Assembly: GCF_036802865.1 (NCBI RefSeq)
Contig: NZ_DAIRVK010000001.1
Location: forward strand, 667,341-731,340
Direction of reading: 5' to 3'
Length of the DNA: 64,000 bases
DNA from: Sulfurospirillum sp.
GTDB taxonomy: Bacteria; Campylobacterota; Campylobacteria; Campylobacterales; Sulfurospirillaceae
Part shown: positions 19,185 to 27,829 of the stretch, one piece after another
Position numbering within the stretch: the stretch's first letter is position 1
Layout of the letters: each line of letters opens with the position of its first letter
The notes under the pieces: model-generated
What the model was told of the DNA's origin: nothing
What the model saw: the letters and a program-made list of their open reading frames with translations, nothing else
Databases searched by the model: none
Made by a program: the position numbers and the translations under genes

Positions 19185-20585
19185 TTATTTTGTAGCTATA
19201 AGGTCATTCTCTTTCCAACCGCCACCGAGTGCTTTAAAGAGTTCAGCTTGGGAGGTGAGGAGGTATTGTTTGGTTGCAACGACATTGAGTGAGGCACTTA
19301 GAACACTTTTTTGAGCATCTAAGACTTCCAGTTGATTGGCAACGCCTTGGTTAAAACGCTTGGTTGAAAGATCAAAGACTTTTTGGTACGCCTTAAGTTC
19401 TTCTTCTTGGAATGCAAGTCTACTTTTGGCTAAATTCTCTTTTGCCAAAGTGTCATGCACCTCTTTATAAGCTTTTTTGACACTTTGCTCATAACTGACT
19501 AATGAAGATTGAAGATCGGTTTCGGAGATGGAAACACGCTGTTTGATACGTCCAAAATCAAAAATAGGCACGCTCAAACTTGGTCCAAAACTCCATCTGT
19601 TTGCGCTTGATTTTAAGATGTTATTCAAATCATCGCTTTGTTGCCCATAACTTCCTGTCAGACTAATTGTTGGAAAGTAAGCTGCTTTTTCAACGCCAAT
19701 CAGGGCATTTTTACTTCTAAGGTTTTCCAATGCCTCTTTAATGTCGGGACGATTTTCCATCAACGTTGAAGGTACGCCTTGTGGAATGGTAAGAACATTT
19801 GGAAGACTTGCCTCTGTTGTTTGTGTTTCAAAAAGTGCTTGTGGACTTTTGCCTAACAAAATAGCAAGCGTACTTTGTTGGATTTTGTAGCTCTCCATCA
19901 AGCTGTCTTTTGAGGCTTGTATATTGTTGTATTGGGCTAATGCTTGGTTGGCTAAAACATCGCTGATGGTTCCCACTTTTTGTTGTTTTGATCGAAACTC
20001 ATAGCTTGCTTTATAGGAATTTGCACTTTGCTCTAAAATTGCCATACGAGCTTGCAACGACGCTAGGTTAAAGTAGGCACTTACAACATCGTGAATGAGG
20101 CTATTGCGTAACGTCTCACGCGCAGCTTCGGTTGACAGATACAATGCCCAGTTGGATTCACTTTGGCTTGAGAGTCTTCCCCAAAAATCAACTTCGTAGG
20201 ACAAGCTGCCACCCAGTGTATAGTCTGAGTACTCTGAGCGTTTATTTTTAGTGGTTGAAGCTTCATTACTGGTTTGCTGGCGAGTAGCTCCTGCGTTGGC
20301 ACTCAGTGTTGGAAACTCATTGTCAACACTCAGCCCATACGCTTGGCGTGCTTTGAGTACTTTAAGGGCTGAAAGTTTCAGGTCATCACTTCCAAGAAGA
20401 GCTTCATCGACCAAGGCGTTAAGCTTAGCGTCATTAAATTGTTTCCACCACTCTTTGTTGACATGTAATGCTTCTTGGCTACTTTTTGGCGCTTCAATTT
20501 TAGGAACATTGAGATCGGGTTTGAGCGAACATCCTCCCAAAAGGAGGATAGTTACAAACGATAAAAGGGTAATGCTACGAGTCAT
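19185..20585 (-). CDS. RND efflux outer-membrane factor lipoprotein (NodT/CmeC-like)
   Basis: 466 aa. It has a lipobox LLLGGC and two OEP repeats, and it overlaps the pump gene by 11 nt. Confidence 0.9.
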   Translation of the reverse strand: MTRSITLLSFVTILLLGGCSLKPDLNVPKIEAPKSSQEALHVNKEWWKQFNDAKLNALVDEALLGSDDLKLSALKVLKARQAYGLSVDNEFPTLSANAGATRQQTSNEASTTKNKRSEYSDYTLGGSLSYEVDFWGRLSSQSESNWALYLSTEAARETLRNSLIHDVVSAYFNLASLQARMAILEQSANSYKASYEFRSKQQKVGTISDVLANQALAQYNNIQASKDSLMESYKIQQSTLAILLGKSPQALFETQTTEASLPNVLTIPQGVPSTLMENRPDIKEALENLRSKNALIGVEKAAYFPTISLTGSYGQQSDDLNNILKSSANRWSFGPSLSVPIFDFGRIKQRVSISETDLQSSLVSYEQSVKKAYKEVHDTLAKENLAKSRLAFQEEELKAYQKVFDLSTKRFNQGVANQLEVLDAQKSVLSASLNVVATKQYLLTSQAELFKALGGGWKENDLIATK

Positions 20586-23500
20586 GAACGACTCCTTTTT
20601 TAGTCAATTTCTCTTTGGTTTTCATAATAAGGTAGAAAAAGAGTGGCACAAAGAAAGTACCGATAACGGTGAGTGTAATCATACCACCTACAACCGTTGT
20701 TCCAATGATATGACGGCTATTTGCTCCTGCTCCTGAACTTAGGGCAAGAGGAAGTGTTCCTGCGATAAACGCAAACGAAGTCATAACAATAGGACGGAAA
20801 CGAATACGCGCACCCTCAATCGTTGCGTCGATAAGGCTATATCCTTCTTTCAGTTTATGCATCGCAAATTCAACCATCAAAATGGCATTTTTAGATGAAA
20901 GTCCTACAAGTGTGACAAGACCTACTTGGAAGTAGATATCATTTTGTAAATCTCTAAAATAAACCGCGACAGCTGCTCCAAAGAGTGCAAAAGGAACGGC
21001 TAAAACGATGGCAAAAGGAATTGTCCAGCTCTCATAAAGTGCGGCAAGAATCAAAAATACAAAGATAATGGCATAGATAAATGCGGTGTTACCACTTTTT
21101 TCCAGTAGTTTTTCTTGGTAAGAGGTTCCTGCCCAAGCGATGGTATAGCCATTAGGAAGTACGCTTTTTGCGACCTCTTCGATGACACGAAGTGCATCAC
21201 CTGAACTGTAGCCTGGGCTTGGCTGTCCTGAAATTTGTGCGGCTTGGAACATATTGAATTTTTGAACAATGGAAGGACCTACAATACGTTTAATGCTTGC
21301 AAGTGAGCTAATGGGGATAAGACGTCCTTCGCTGGATTTGACAAATACATCACTGTAGTTTTCAACACCTTCTCTAAAATTGCTCTCTGACTGGACGTTA
21401 ACATGGTAGGTTCGACCAAAGAGGTTAAAGTCATTGGTATAGGTGTTTCCAAAGGTGGCTTGAATGGTTGCAAAAATATCAGCGGTATCAACGCCTAGCG
21501 ATTTAGCTTTTTCAGTATCAACATTGATGAGCATTTGCGGAACATTGGTATTGATGGTTGAACGCATAGCCGCGAGTTCTTTGCGCTCACTGGCTTTTGC
21601 TAAAATTTCTTTAACGTAGGTGTCAAGCAGTTGGATGTTCCCTCCTGTTCTATCTTGAACATACATTTCAAAACCACCTGTTGTACTCATACCCATAATA
21701 GGAGGAGGCGTTACTGCTATGAGCATGGCTTCTTTATTTTGAGAAAGCCCTTTCATCATTTGACCTGCAATGGCTTGAGAGGTTTGATCTGCACGAGGCC
21801 TCTCATCCCACATTTTGAGACGAATAAAACTAATGCCTGCATCGGTTTTGTAAGCATTGATAATAAAATCAAGCCCCGAAAAAGCACCAACACGTTCAAC
21901 ATTAGGATTGGCAAGCGCAAAATCGCTTACTTCTCGACTGACAGCTTGTGTACGACTCAACGCAGCACCGGGCATAAGGCTATTGATGATAAGAATCATG
22001 CCTTTGTCTTCATTCGGTACAAGCCCTGTAGGAATACGTGCCGTAATCATGATAATAGCCGCAATCATAATGCCAAAAATGGCAACGTTCATCATCCCAA
22101 AGCGAATGGTTTTACGCACACCAATAGAGAAAAGCTCGGTACCAAAGTCAAAAAATTTATTGAACTTTTGGATAAACCAAAACGGCTCACTCTCATGTTT
22201 ACGTAAAAGTAGCGCACAAAGGGCAGGTGTCAAGGTGAGTGCCACAATACCTGAAATGGTAACGGAGATAATAACCGTCATCGCAAATTGCTTGTACATC
22301 ATACCGCTAAAACCACCCATAAAAGCAGCAGGAACAAAGACAGCACACAAAACCATAACAATGGCGATAACAGGACTGGTAATCTCTCTCATCGCTTTAA
22401 TGGTTGCATCTTTGACGTTTAAATCTTCATCCCTCAAAATCCGCTCAACGTTTTCAATGACAACAATGGCGTCATCGACCACCAGACCGATAGCTAAGGT
22501 CAGACCAAAGAGGGTTAAAAGGTTGATCGAAAATCCTGCGGCATAAAAACCTGCAAATGTTCCAACAATAGAAACGGGAATCGCAAGAACAGGAATGAAT
22601 GTCGCTCTAAGATTTCCTAAAAAGAGGTAGATGATGCCCACAACAAGGGCAATAGAAAGGATGAGTGTGAAAATCACCTCATGGATGGATTCACGTACGA
22701 AAATGGTTGGATCATACGCCGTGCCAATTTCGAGGTCACTAGGAAAATTGGGAGAAATCTCGGCAAGTTTTTTCTCTAAAAGGTCTGAAACTTCCAGTGC
22801 ATTGGCGCCAGAAGCGAGAAAAATACCCACGGGAATCATTGGGTTTTTGTTGAAAATACCACTAAAGTAGTATGACTCAACACCCAGTTCAATATTGGCA
22901 ACATCTCTTAGTTTTAACGAAGAACCATCTGCGTTAGATTTAAGGACGATGTTTTCAAATTCGCTGGCATTTTTAAGCCTTCCATCGGTTTTTACGGTGT
23001 ACGTAAATGTTGGTTCTTTACTCATTGGCTCTTGACCGATTTGACCTGCTGCGTATTGCTCATTTTGACTTTTGATCGCATTGATGACTTCTGCTGTCGT
23101 CATGTCATAGGTTGCCAATTTATCGGGCTTAATCCAAACACGAATGGCATAGTTTTTGTTACCAAAGATGGTGACATCACCAATGCCGGGGATTCGCTTA
23201 AGATCATCCACGATATTAATAAGGGCATAGTTAGAGATAAACGTTGTATCGTGTACATTATTTTTAGACGTGAATGTTAATACTTTGAGGATGTCAGGAG
23301 AACGCTCTCTGGTTGAAACACCTTGTCTTTTTACTGCTTCAGGAAGCTTGTTGGTCGCGATCTGCACACGGTTGTTAACATCGACTTTGGCTTGTGCGAC
23401 ATCGGTTCCGATTTGAAAGAAGACATTGATGCTCACGTTACCACTAGGCGAAGCTGTGGTGGTCATGTACAACATGTTGTTTACACCATTGATCTCTTCT

Positions 23501-23700
23501 TCAAGTGGCGCTGCTACCGTGGTTGCGATAGTTTGTGCATCTGCTCCTGGGTAGGTTGCCGAGACGATGATCTGTGGCGGCGCGATGCTGGGGTACTCTT
23601 GAATGGGCAGCGATTTGATCGCAATAATACCCGCCAAAATAATCACAATCGAAACAACGGTTGCGAAAATAGGGCGATTGATAAAAAACTTAGAAAACAT
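20575..23700 (-). CDS. RND multidrug efflux permease (AcrB/CmeB-like), full length
   Basis: 1041 aa. The N-terminus is MFSKFFINRPIFATVVSIVIILAG, and the layout is the 12-TM / two-large-loop architecture. Confidence 0.95.
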   Translation of the reverse strand: MFSKFFINRPIFATVVSIVIILAGIIAIKSLPIQEYPSIAPPQIIVSATYPGADAQTIATTVAAPLEEEINGVNNMLYMTTTASPSGNVSINVFFQIGTDVAQAKVDVNNRVQIATNKLPEAVKRQGVSTRERSPDILKVLTFTSKNNVHDTTFISNYALINIVDDLKRIPGIGDVTIFGNKNYAIRVWIKPDKLATYDMTTAEVINAIKSQNEQYAAGQIGQEPMSKEPTFTYTVKTDGRLKNASEFENIVLKSNADGSSLKLRDVANIELGVESYYFSGIFNKNPMIPVGIFLASGANALEVSDLLEKKLAEISPNFPSDLEIGTAYDPTIFVRESIHEVIFTLILSIALVVGIIYLFLGNLRATFIPVLAIPVSIVGTFAGFYAAGFSINLLTLFGLTLAIGLVVDDAIVVIENVERILRDEDLNVKDATIKAMREITSPVIAIVMVLCAVFVPAAFMGGFSGMMYKQFAMTVIISVTISGIVALTLTPALCALLLRKHESEPFWFIQKFNKFFDFGTELFSIGVRKTIRFGMMNVAIFGIMIAAIIMITARIPTGLVPNEDKGMILIINSLMPGAALSRTQAVSREVSDFALANPNVERVGAFSGLDFIINAYKTDAGISFIRLKMWDERPRADQTSQAIAGQMMKGLSQNKEAMLIAVTPPPIMGMSTTGGFEMYVQDRTGGNIQLLDTYVKEILAKASERKELAAMRSTINTNVPQMLINVDTEKAKSLGVDTADIFATIQATFGNTYTNDFNLFGRTYHVNVQSESNFREGVENYSDVFVKSSEGRLIPISSLASIKRIVGPSIVQKFNMFQAAQISGQPSPGYSSGDALRVIEEVAKSVLPNGYTIAWAGTSYQEKLLEKSGNTAFIYAIIFVFLILAALYESWTIPFAIVLAVPFALFGAAVAVYFRDLQNDIYFQVGLVTLVGLSSKNAILMVEFAMHKLKEGYSLIDATIEGARIRFRPIVMTSFAFIAGTLPLALSSGAGANSRHIIGTTVVGGMITLTVIGTFFVPLFFYLIMKTKEKLTKKGVVHDS

Positions 23701-24851
23701 TATTTTGCCTCTTCGTTGATTACTTTATCTACTTTGACAGGCGCACCGGCTTTAATTCTGAAGAAGTTATTGACAACAACAGTATCGCCTTCTTTGAGTC
23801 CGTTTTCGATAACGTAGTCATTTTCACTTGCTTCGCCGACTTTAACAGGTTTTACAACCGCTTTGCCATCTTCGACAACAAAGACAACGGTTCCAAGAGG
23901 ATTTTGAAGCACGGCTTTTTGAGGTACTTTAATGACGTTATTGCGTGTAAGACCTACAAGATTGATTTTCACAAATTGGTTTGGAAGCAGTTCTTTGCCT
24001 TCATTTTTGAACGTAGCTCTTGCTTTCAGTGAGCCTGTTTTGGCATTGAGTGAACTGTCTAAGAAGTCAACTACGCCGATCTCTTTAAACTTTGCATCGC
24101 CGATTTGCAAAGAGGCTTTGAGTTTGCCCTCGGTTGGATTTGACCATTTACCATTTTTGATGTTGTACTTTTGTTTCATGACATCAATATCAGGAATGGA
24201 GAACTCGACATGCAAAGGGTTAATTTGTGTAATATCGACCAGTGCAGTTCCATCGGTTACGAGAGCACCCACATCGACCATTTTCAGTCCTGTCATACCG
24301 CTCATTGTTGCTTTAATAGTCGTACGATCAAGGTTGATTGTGGCACTTTGTAAAGAAGCTTTCGCACTCGCTAAAGAAGCTTTGGCTCCTTCGAATGCCC
24401 AGTATGCGGTATCTCTTTCTTGTTCACTTGAAGCACCTGATTCAAAAAGTGATTTGATACGCTCCCAATCTTTCCCTGCTTTTTGCATTTGAACATCCAA
24501 CGCATTGACATTGGCTTTTGCAAGGTTTACAGCTGCTTCATACGTGTCTGGCTCAATTTTATAAAGCACATCACCCTCTTTAACAAAATCACCTTCGCTA
24601 AAGAATTTTTTCATCAAAATTCCATTGGCTCTGGCTTTGATCGTGACGCTTTGAGCGCTGATGGTTTTACCTGGATATTGTAGGCTTAATGCCTCTTCTT
24701 TTGCCGAAGTAATTTTATACACATCAACTGCTGGGGCAGGTGCATTAGTCGTGGCTGGGGCAGGTTGCTTTTTCGCTTCTTCCGCATAGCTTTGTGTTCC
24801 AAGCGCAAGGCATGTGACTAAAAGAAAAATCTTCTTGTTGAGTAAAAACAT
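23700..24851 (-). CDS. RND efflux periplasmic adaptor (membrane fusion protein, AcrA/CmeA-like)
   Basis: 383 aa. It has a signal peptide, a lipoyl/hairpin/beta-barrel pattern (ISAQSVTIKARANG, GDVLYKIEPD), and a 1-nt overlap with the pump gene. Confidence 0.92.
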   Translation of the reverse strand: MFLLNKKIFLLVTCLALGTQSYAEEAKKQPAPATTNAPAPAVDVYKITSAKEEALSLQYPGKTISAQSVTIKARANGILMKKFFSEGDFVKEGDVLYKIEPDTYEAAVNLAKANVNALDVQMQKAGKDWERIKSLFESGASSEQERDTAYWAFEGAKASLASAKASLQSATINLDRTTIKATMSGMTGLKMVDVGALVTDGTALVDITQINPLHVEFSIPDIDVMKQKYNIKNGKWSNPTEGKLKASLQIGDAKFKEIGVVDFLDSSLNAKTGSLKARATFKNEGKELLPNQFVKINLVGLTRNNVIKVPQKAVLQNPLGTVVFVVEDGKAVVKPVKVGEASENDYVIENGLKEGDTVVVNNFFRIKAGAPVKVDKVINEEAK

Positions 24852-24929
24852 CAGGATTCCTTAGTAATATTTGGTATTGAGTAAATTGTAACATATTGGT
24901 GTTAATAATACCTAAATGGTGTTATATGA

Positions 24930-25397
24930 ATGAAAGCTTTAATAACTTTTAAATCTAACAAAACTTATAATCGAGCTAAAGATGAGTTTAAGGATATACA
25001 AATGCAAACCTTAGGTGATGAAATTTTACTGGATGACACCTCTTTACTGGTTTCTGAAACGGATGCAAAAGGCATCATCGTTTATGCCGATGAAACCTTT
25101 GTTAAATTCTCTGAGTACCCGCTGGAAGAGTTAATTGGTAAACCGCATAATATGATTCGCCATCCAGATATGCCCAAAGCCGCGTTTAAAGAGCTTTGGT
25201 CCACTGTGAAGTCAGGAAATGTCTGGCAAGGGTTTGTCAAAAATCGTACGAAAAAAGGAAGATTTTATTGGGTTTATGCAACGGTTTTTCCTTTTGGAAA
25301 AGACCATTATCTCTCCGTTCGCAAAATTGCGAGTCGCGATGAGGTTGAAAAATACTCAAAACTTTATAATACGATGCGTGCAAGTGAGGGAAAATAG
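24930..25397 (+). CDS. Stand-alone Aer/CetB-like PAS domain protein
   Basis: The segment LVSETDAKGIIVYADETFVKFSEYPLEELIGKPHNMIRHPDMPKAAFKELWSTVKSGNVWQGFVKNRTKKGRFYWV matches the FAD-type PAS of Aer-like energy sensors (HN.(I/V)RHPDMP, W.G.(I/V)KNR). The more likely start is ATG 25002, which has AAGGA 7 nt upstream. Confidence 0.85.
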   Translation: MKALITFKSNKTYNRAKDEFKDIQMQTLGDEILLDDTSLLVSETDAKGIIVYADETFVKFSEYPLEELIGKPHNMIRHPDMPKAAFKELWSTVKSGNVWQGFVKNRTKKGRFYWVYATVFPFGKDHYLSVRKIASRDEVEKYSKLYNTMRASEGK

Positions 25398-27101
25398 ATG
25401 AGAGCATTAACCATTCAATTTAAAGTTACCATGTTGCTTGTTGTCTCTTTAGTATTGACAGCATTAGTCTCAACATTGGTGGTTGTTTTTTTAATGAAAA
25501 ATGATGCTACTGAGCGTTTAGAAGGTATACGTGCTGTCATGACACGTGAAAAAGTCGAAGCACTCTCCGATAAAGTTAAGATTGCGCATCATGTGGTCAA
25601 CTCATTTTATGAAGCGTTGCAAAATGATCCCAATATGAGTGATCCTGAAGTAATTAAAATGTACCAAGAAAAAGCAAAAACAGCGATTAAAAAGCTTCGT
25701 TTTGGCGAAGATGGTTACTTTTGGATTAATGACTTTACCCCTAAAATGGTTATGCATCCTATCAAGTCATCCCTAGATGGTGCTAATTTGAGTCAGTCTA
25801 AAGACCCCAAAGGGAAGTTTTTATTTAATGAAATGGTGGATGTTGCTACTAAAAATGGTAAGGGTGTGGTTCATTATATGTGGGAAAAACCAGGTTTTGA
25901 CACACCACAAGCAAAAATCTCTTTTGTAGAGGCTTTTAAACCGTGGGGATGGATTATCGGAACAGGTGTGTATGCGGATGATATTGATACGTTGGTTGCT
26001 AAAGAGAAGCAAAAATTAGATGATGCCCTTTTAGATTTGATACTTCGCAATAGCATTATTCTTTTGGTTGTTGTAACACTTTTCTCTTTGATTTCACGTT
26101 ATCTCAGTCAAAAACTCATCGGTCGAAGAATGACAGAGTTAAAGCGTTATGTGGAAGACTTTGGGCTTTATGTCACCAATAAAAAGAACTTAATTGATGA
26201 ACATTTGGATGACCATGAAAACGATGAAATAGGCTCAACCGTGAGTGTGATTGATAAAACGTTTAAAGACTATGAAAAGCTACGTTTGGATGATATTCGT
26301 GTGGTGGGCGAAGTGCTCATCATTTGTTCTAAAATGTCCAACGGATATATGAACAATAAAACATCTTATGTTTCATCAAACTTTCTAACCAATCGTCTTT
26401 CATATGAAATCGATGCGATGATTGCAAAAGTCAATGAAGTGATGCAAGCAACACTCTCATCACTGAAAAATTTTCAAAGCGGTGATTTTAGCAAGCCCAT
26501 TACGATCTCAACCAGTGGAGAGCTTAAAGAGTTGGTTGAAGGTGTCAATGCACTTGGCAGTTCTCTGTCGCAAATGATTGCTGAAAATGCAGAACAGAGT
26601 GCGAAGATCAATGAGAGTTCGCAAAAGCTTGCAAATTCTGTTGCGACAATCAAAAATGAGCCACTCAGTGATCTAAACCGTATTGTCAAGAAAACGACCA
26701 CATCGATGCAAGAGATGGGCTCAATTCAACAGCATTTAGCCGATACACTCAATACACTGACTCAAAATGCCAAAGAGGCACACGATATTTTAAATATGAT
26801 CGGTGATATTGCAGATCAGACGAATTTACTAGCACTAAACGCAGCCATAGAAGCAGCGCGTGCAGGTGATCATGGACGTGGGTTTGCTGTCGTTGCTGAT
26901 AATATTCGCGAACTTGCGGATAAAACTAACCATTCTCTAACACAAATTCAAGCGACTATTGGTGTCATTGTTGGCGGCATCGTTGATAGCTCAGCAAAAA
27001 TGAGTACAAACGCAAAAGAGATGAACACCTTAACCAGCGATGTCGAAGAGATTCAAGAAAAGACAAACGATATACTCTCCATTATGAGCAAACTAGGCTA
27101 A
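25398..27101 (+). CDS. Methyl-accepting chemotaxis protein with a single-Cache (sCache_2-like) periplasmic sensor
   Basis: 567 aa. The sensor contains [16 protein letters not shown]...[13 protein letters not shown]...[12 protein letters not shown] second TM helix follows, then the MCP hairpin [41 protein letters not shown]. The ATG directly abuts the PAS gene stop (TAGATG). Confidence 0.92.
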   Translation: MRALTIQFKVTMLLVVSLVLTALVSTLVVVFLMKNDATERLEGIRAVMTREKVEALSDKVKIAHHVVNSFYEALQNDPNMSDPEVIKMYQEKAKTAIKKLRFGEDGYFWINDFTPKMVMHPIKSSLDGANLSQSKDPKGKFLFNEMVDVATKNGKGVVHYMWEKPGFDTPQAKISFVEAFKPWGWIIGTGVYADDIDTLVAKEKQKLDDALLDLILRNSIILLVVVTLFSLISRYLSQKLIGRRMTELKRYVEDFGLYVTNKKNLIDEHLDDHENDEIGSTVSVIDKTFKDYEKLRLDDIRVVGEVLIICSKMSNGYMNNKTSYVSSNFLTNRLSYEIDAMIAKVNEVMQATLSSLKNFQSGDFSKPITISTSGELKELVEGVNALGSSLSQMIAENAEQSAKINESSQKLANSVATIKNEPLSDLNRIVKKTTTSMQEMGSIQQHLADTLNTLTQNAKEAHDILNMIGDIADQTNLLALNAAIEAARAGDHGRGFAVVADNIRELADKTNHSLTQIQATIGVIVGGIVDSSAKMSTNAKEMNTLTSDVEEIQEKTNDILSIMSKLG

Positions 27102-27108
27102 TACAGAC

Positions 27109-27142
27109 GTTACATGTAAAAATGAATTTTTTTACATGTAAC
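27109..27142 (+). terminator. Hairpin GTTACATGTAAAAA-tgaatt-TTTTTACATGTAAC, containing two TTACATGTAA copies
   Basis: The 14-bp perfect arms start 8 nt after the MCP stop. A T6 run lies a few nt downstream, so it behaves as a rho-independent terminator. Confidence 0.65.
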
Positions 27143-27163
27143 CCTTCATTTTTTGGCGTACTT

Positions 27164-27173
27164 CCCGATATAA
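27164..27173 (+). promoter_or_regulatory. Sigma28 (FliA)-like -10 element cCCGATATaa
   Basis: CCGATAT at 27165-27171 resembles the CGAT-containing -10 of FliA promoters (E. coli consensus GCCGATAA). It lies ~34 nt upstream of ATG 27205. I see no convincing TAAA -35 at the expected spacing. Confidence 0.35.
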
Positions 27174-27204
27174 CTTTGGGGCAAATGAAATGAAGGAGAT
27201 GGAT

Positions 27205-27702
27205 ATGAGTACCATCAACACATCGTACACCAATCAAGTTCTGGTAGACCAAAATCAAAATACCTCTAGTACGAATACTACGACATTATCGAATCAATCA
27301 AAAGATGAGAGTGTCGCAACAACTTCGAGCATACCTGTCGATAGCGTTGAAATTTCAGATGAAGCCAAAGCCTTAGCTGCGACATCATCGACTTCCAGTT
27401 CGGGAGAGAGTTCAACAACGAAAAATGGGTCCAGTAGTAGCACAAAAAGCGGGGGCGCAAGTGCAGCTTCAGGAGCCAGTAGTTCCTCATCATCCAGTAG
27501 CAGTGCAACGATAGATGCACAGGTCAAAGCACTTGAAAAGAAAATTGCTGCTCTTGAAAAAGAGATCTTGGCTGAGCAAAAAACAGCTAAAAATGATGAA
27601 GAAAGTGCAAAAGATATTCAAATGAAAGAAGCAATGCTCGCTACATATGAAGCGCAGCTTGCAGAACTCGAAAAACAAGCTGCGGAATCAGCTTCAGCCT
27701 AA
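27205..27702 (+). CDS. Ser/Thr-rich FlxA-like coiled-coil protein
   Basis: The ORF is open from 27190, but AAGGAG at 27193-27198 fits ATG 27205. The low-complexity S/T-rich N-terminal half ends in SSSSSSSS. The following heptad-like segment, IDAQVKALEKKIAALEKEILAEQKTAKNDEESAKDIQMKEAMLATYEAQLAELEKQ, resembles the FlxA-like family layout. No TM helix or signal peptide is evident. Confidence 0.6.
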   Translation: MSTINTSYTNQVLVDQNQNTSSTNTTTLSNQSKDESVATTSSIPVDSVEISDEAKALAATSSTSSSGESSTTKNGSSSSTKSGGASAASGASSSSSSSSSATIDAQVKALEKKIAALEKEILAEQKTAKNDEESAKDIQMKEAMLATYEAQLAELEKQAAESASA

Positions 27703-27723
27703 AAATCCCTGTTTGGCTTGGGT

Positions 27724-27760
27724 AAAAGCTTTACATGTAGCCATGACATGTAAAGCTTTT
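27724..27760 (+). terminator. Hairpin AAAAGCTTTACATGT-agccatg-ACATGTAAAGCTTTT
   Basis: The 15-bp perfect arms are built from the palindrome half-sites and lie 22 nt after the FlxA-like stop. The 3' arm ends in TTTT. Confidence 0.6.
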
Positions 27761-27829
27761 AAGGCACTACTTACACCCTCTTAAGCGCTATTTTGCTACA
27801 CTCTCAAAAACTAATAATGATGAGAACCT

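Noticed and set aside
20251-23817. Several 160-230-aa plus-strand ORFs inside the efflux operon (20251..20736, 21631..22206, 21857..22546, 23323..23817)
   Set aside because: They lie antisense to clearly recognisable RND pump and outer-membrane-factor genes. They have odd composition (Cys/Arg/His-rich) and no recognisable domains.
27109-27142. Two spaced copies of the same 10-mer, considered as a mini CRISPR-like or tandem array
   Set aside because: There are only two copies, in inverted orientation, forming a hairpin followed by a T-run. No further repeats, spacer pattern or cas genes are present anywhere in the window.
27400-27510. Serine-codon-rich low-complexity DNA in the FlxA-like gene, considered as a possible phase-variable simple sequence repeat
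   Set aside because: The Ser codons are mixed (agt, agc, tca, tcc, tcg), with no perfect tandem unit of useful length, so slippage-driven switching is unlikely.
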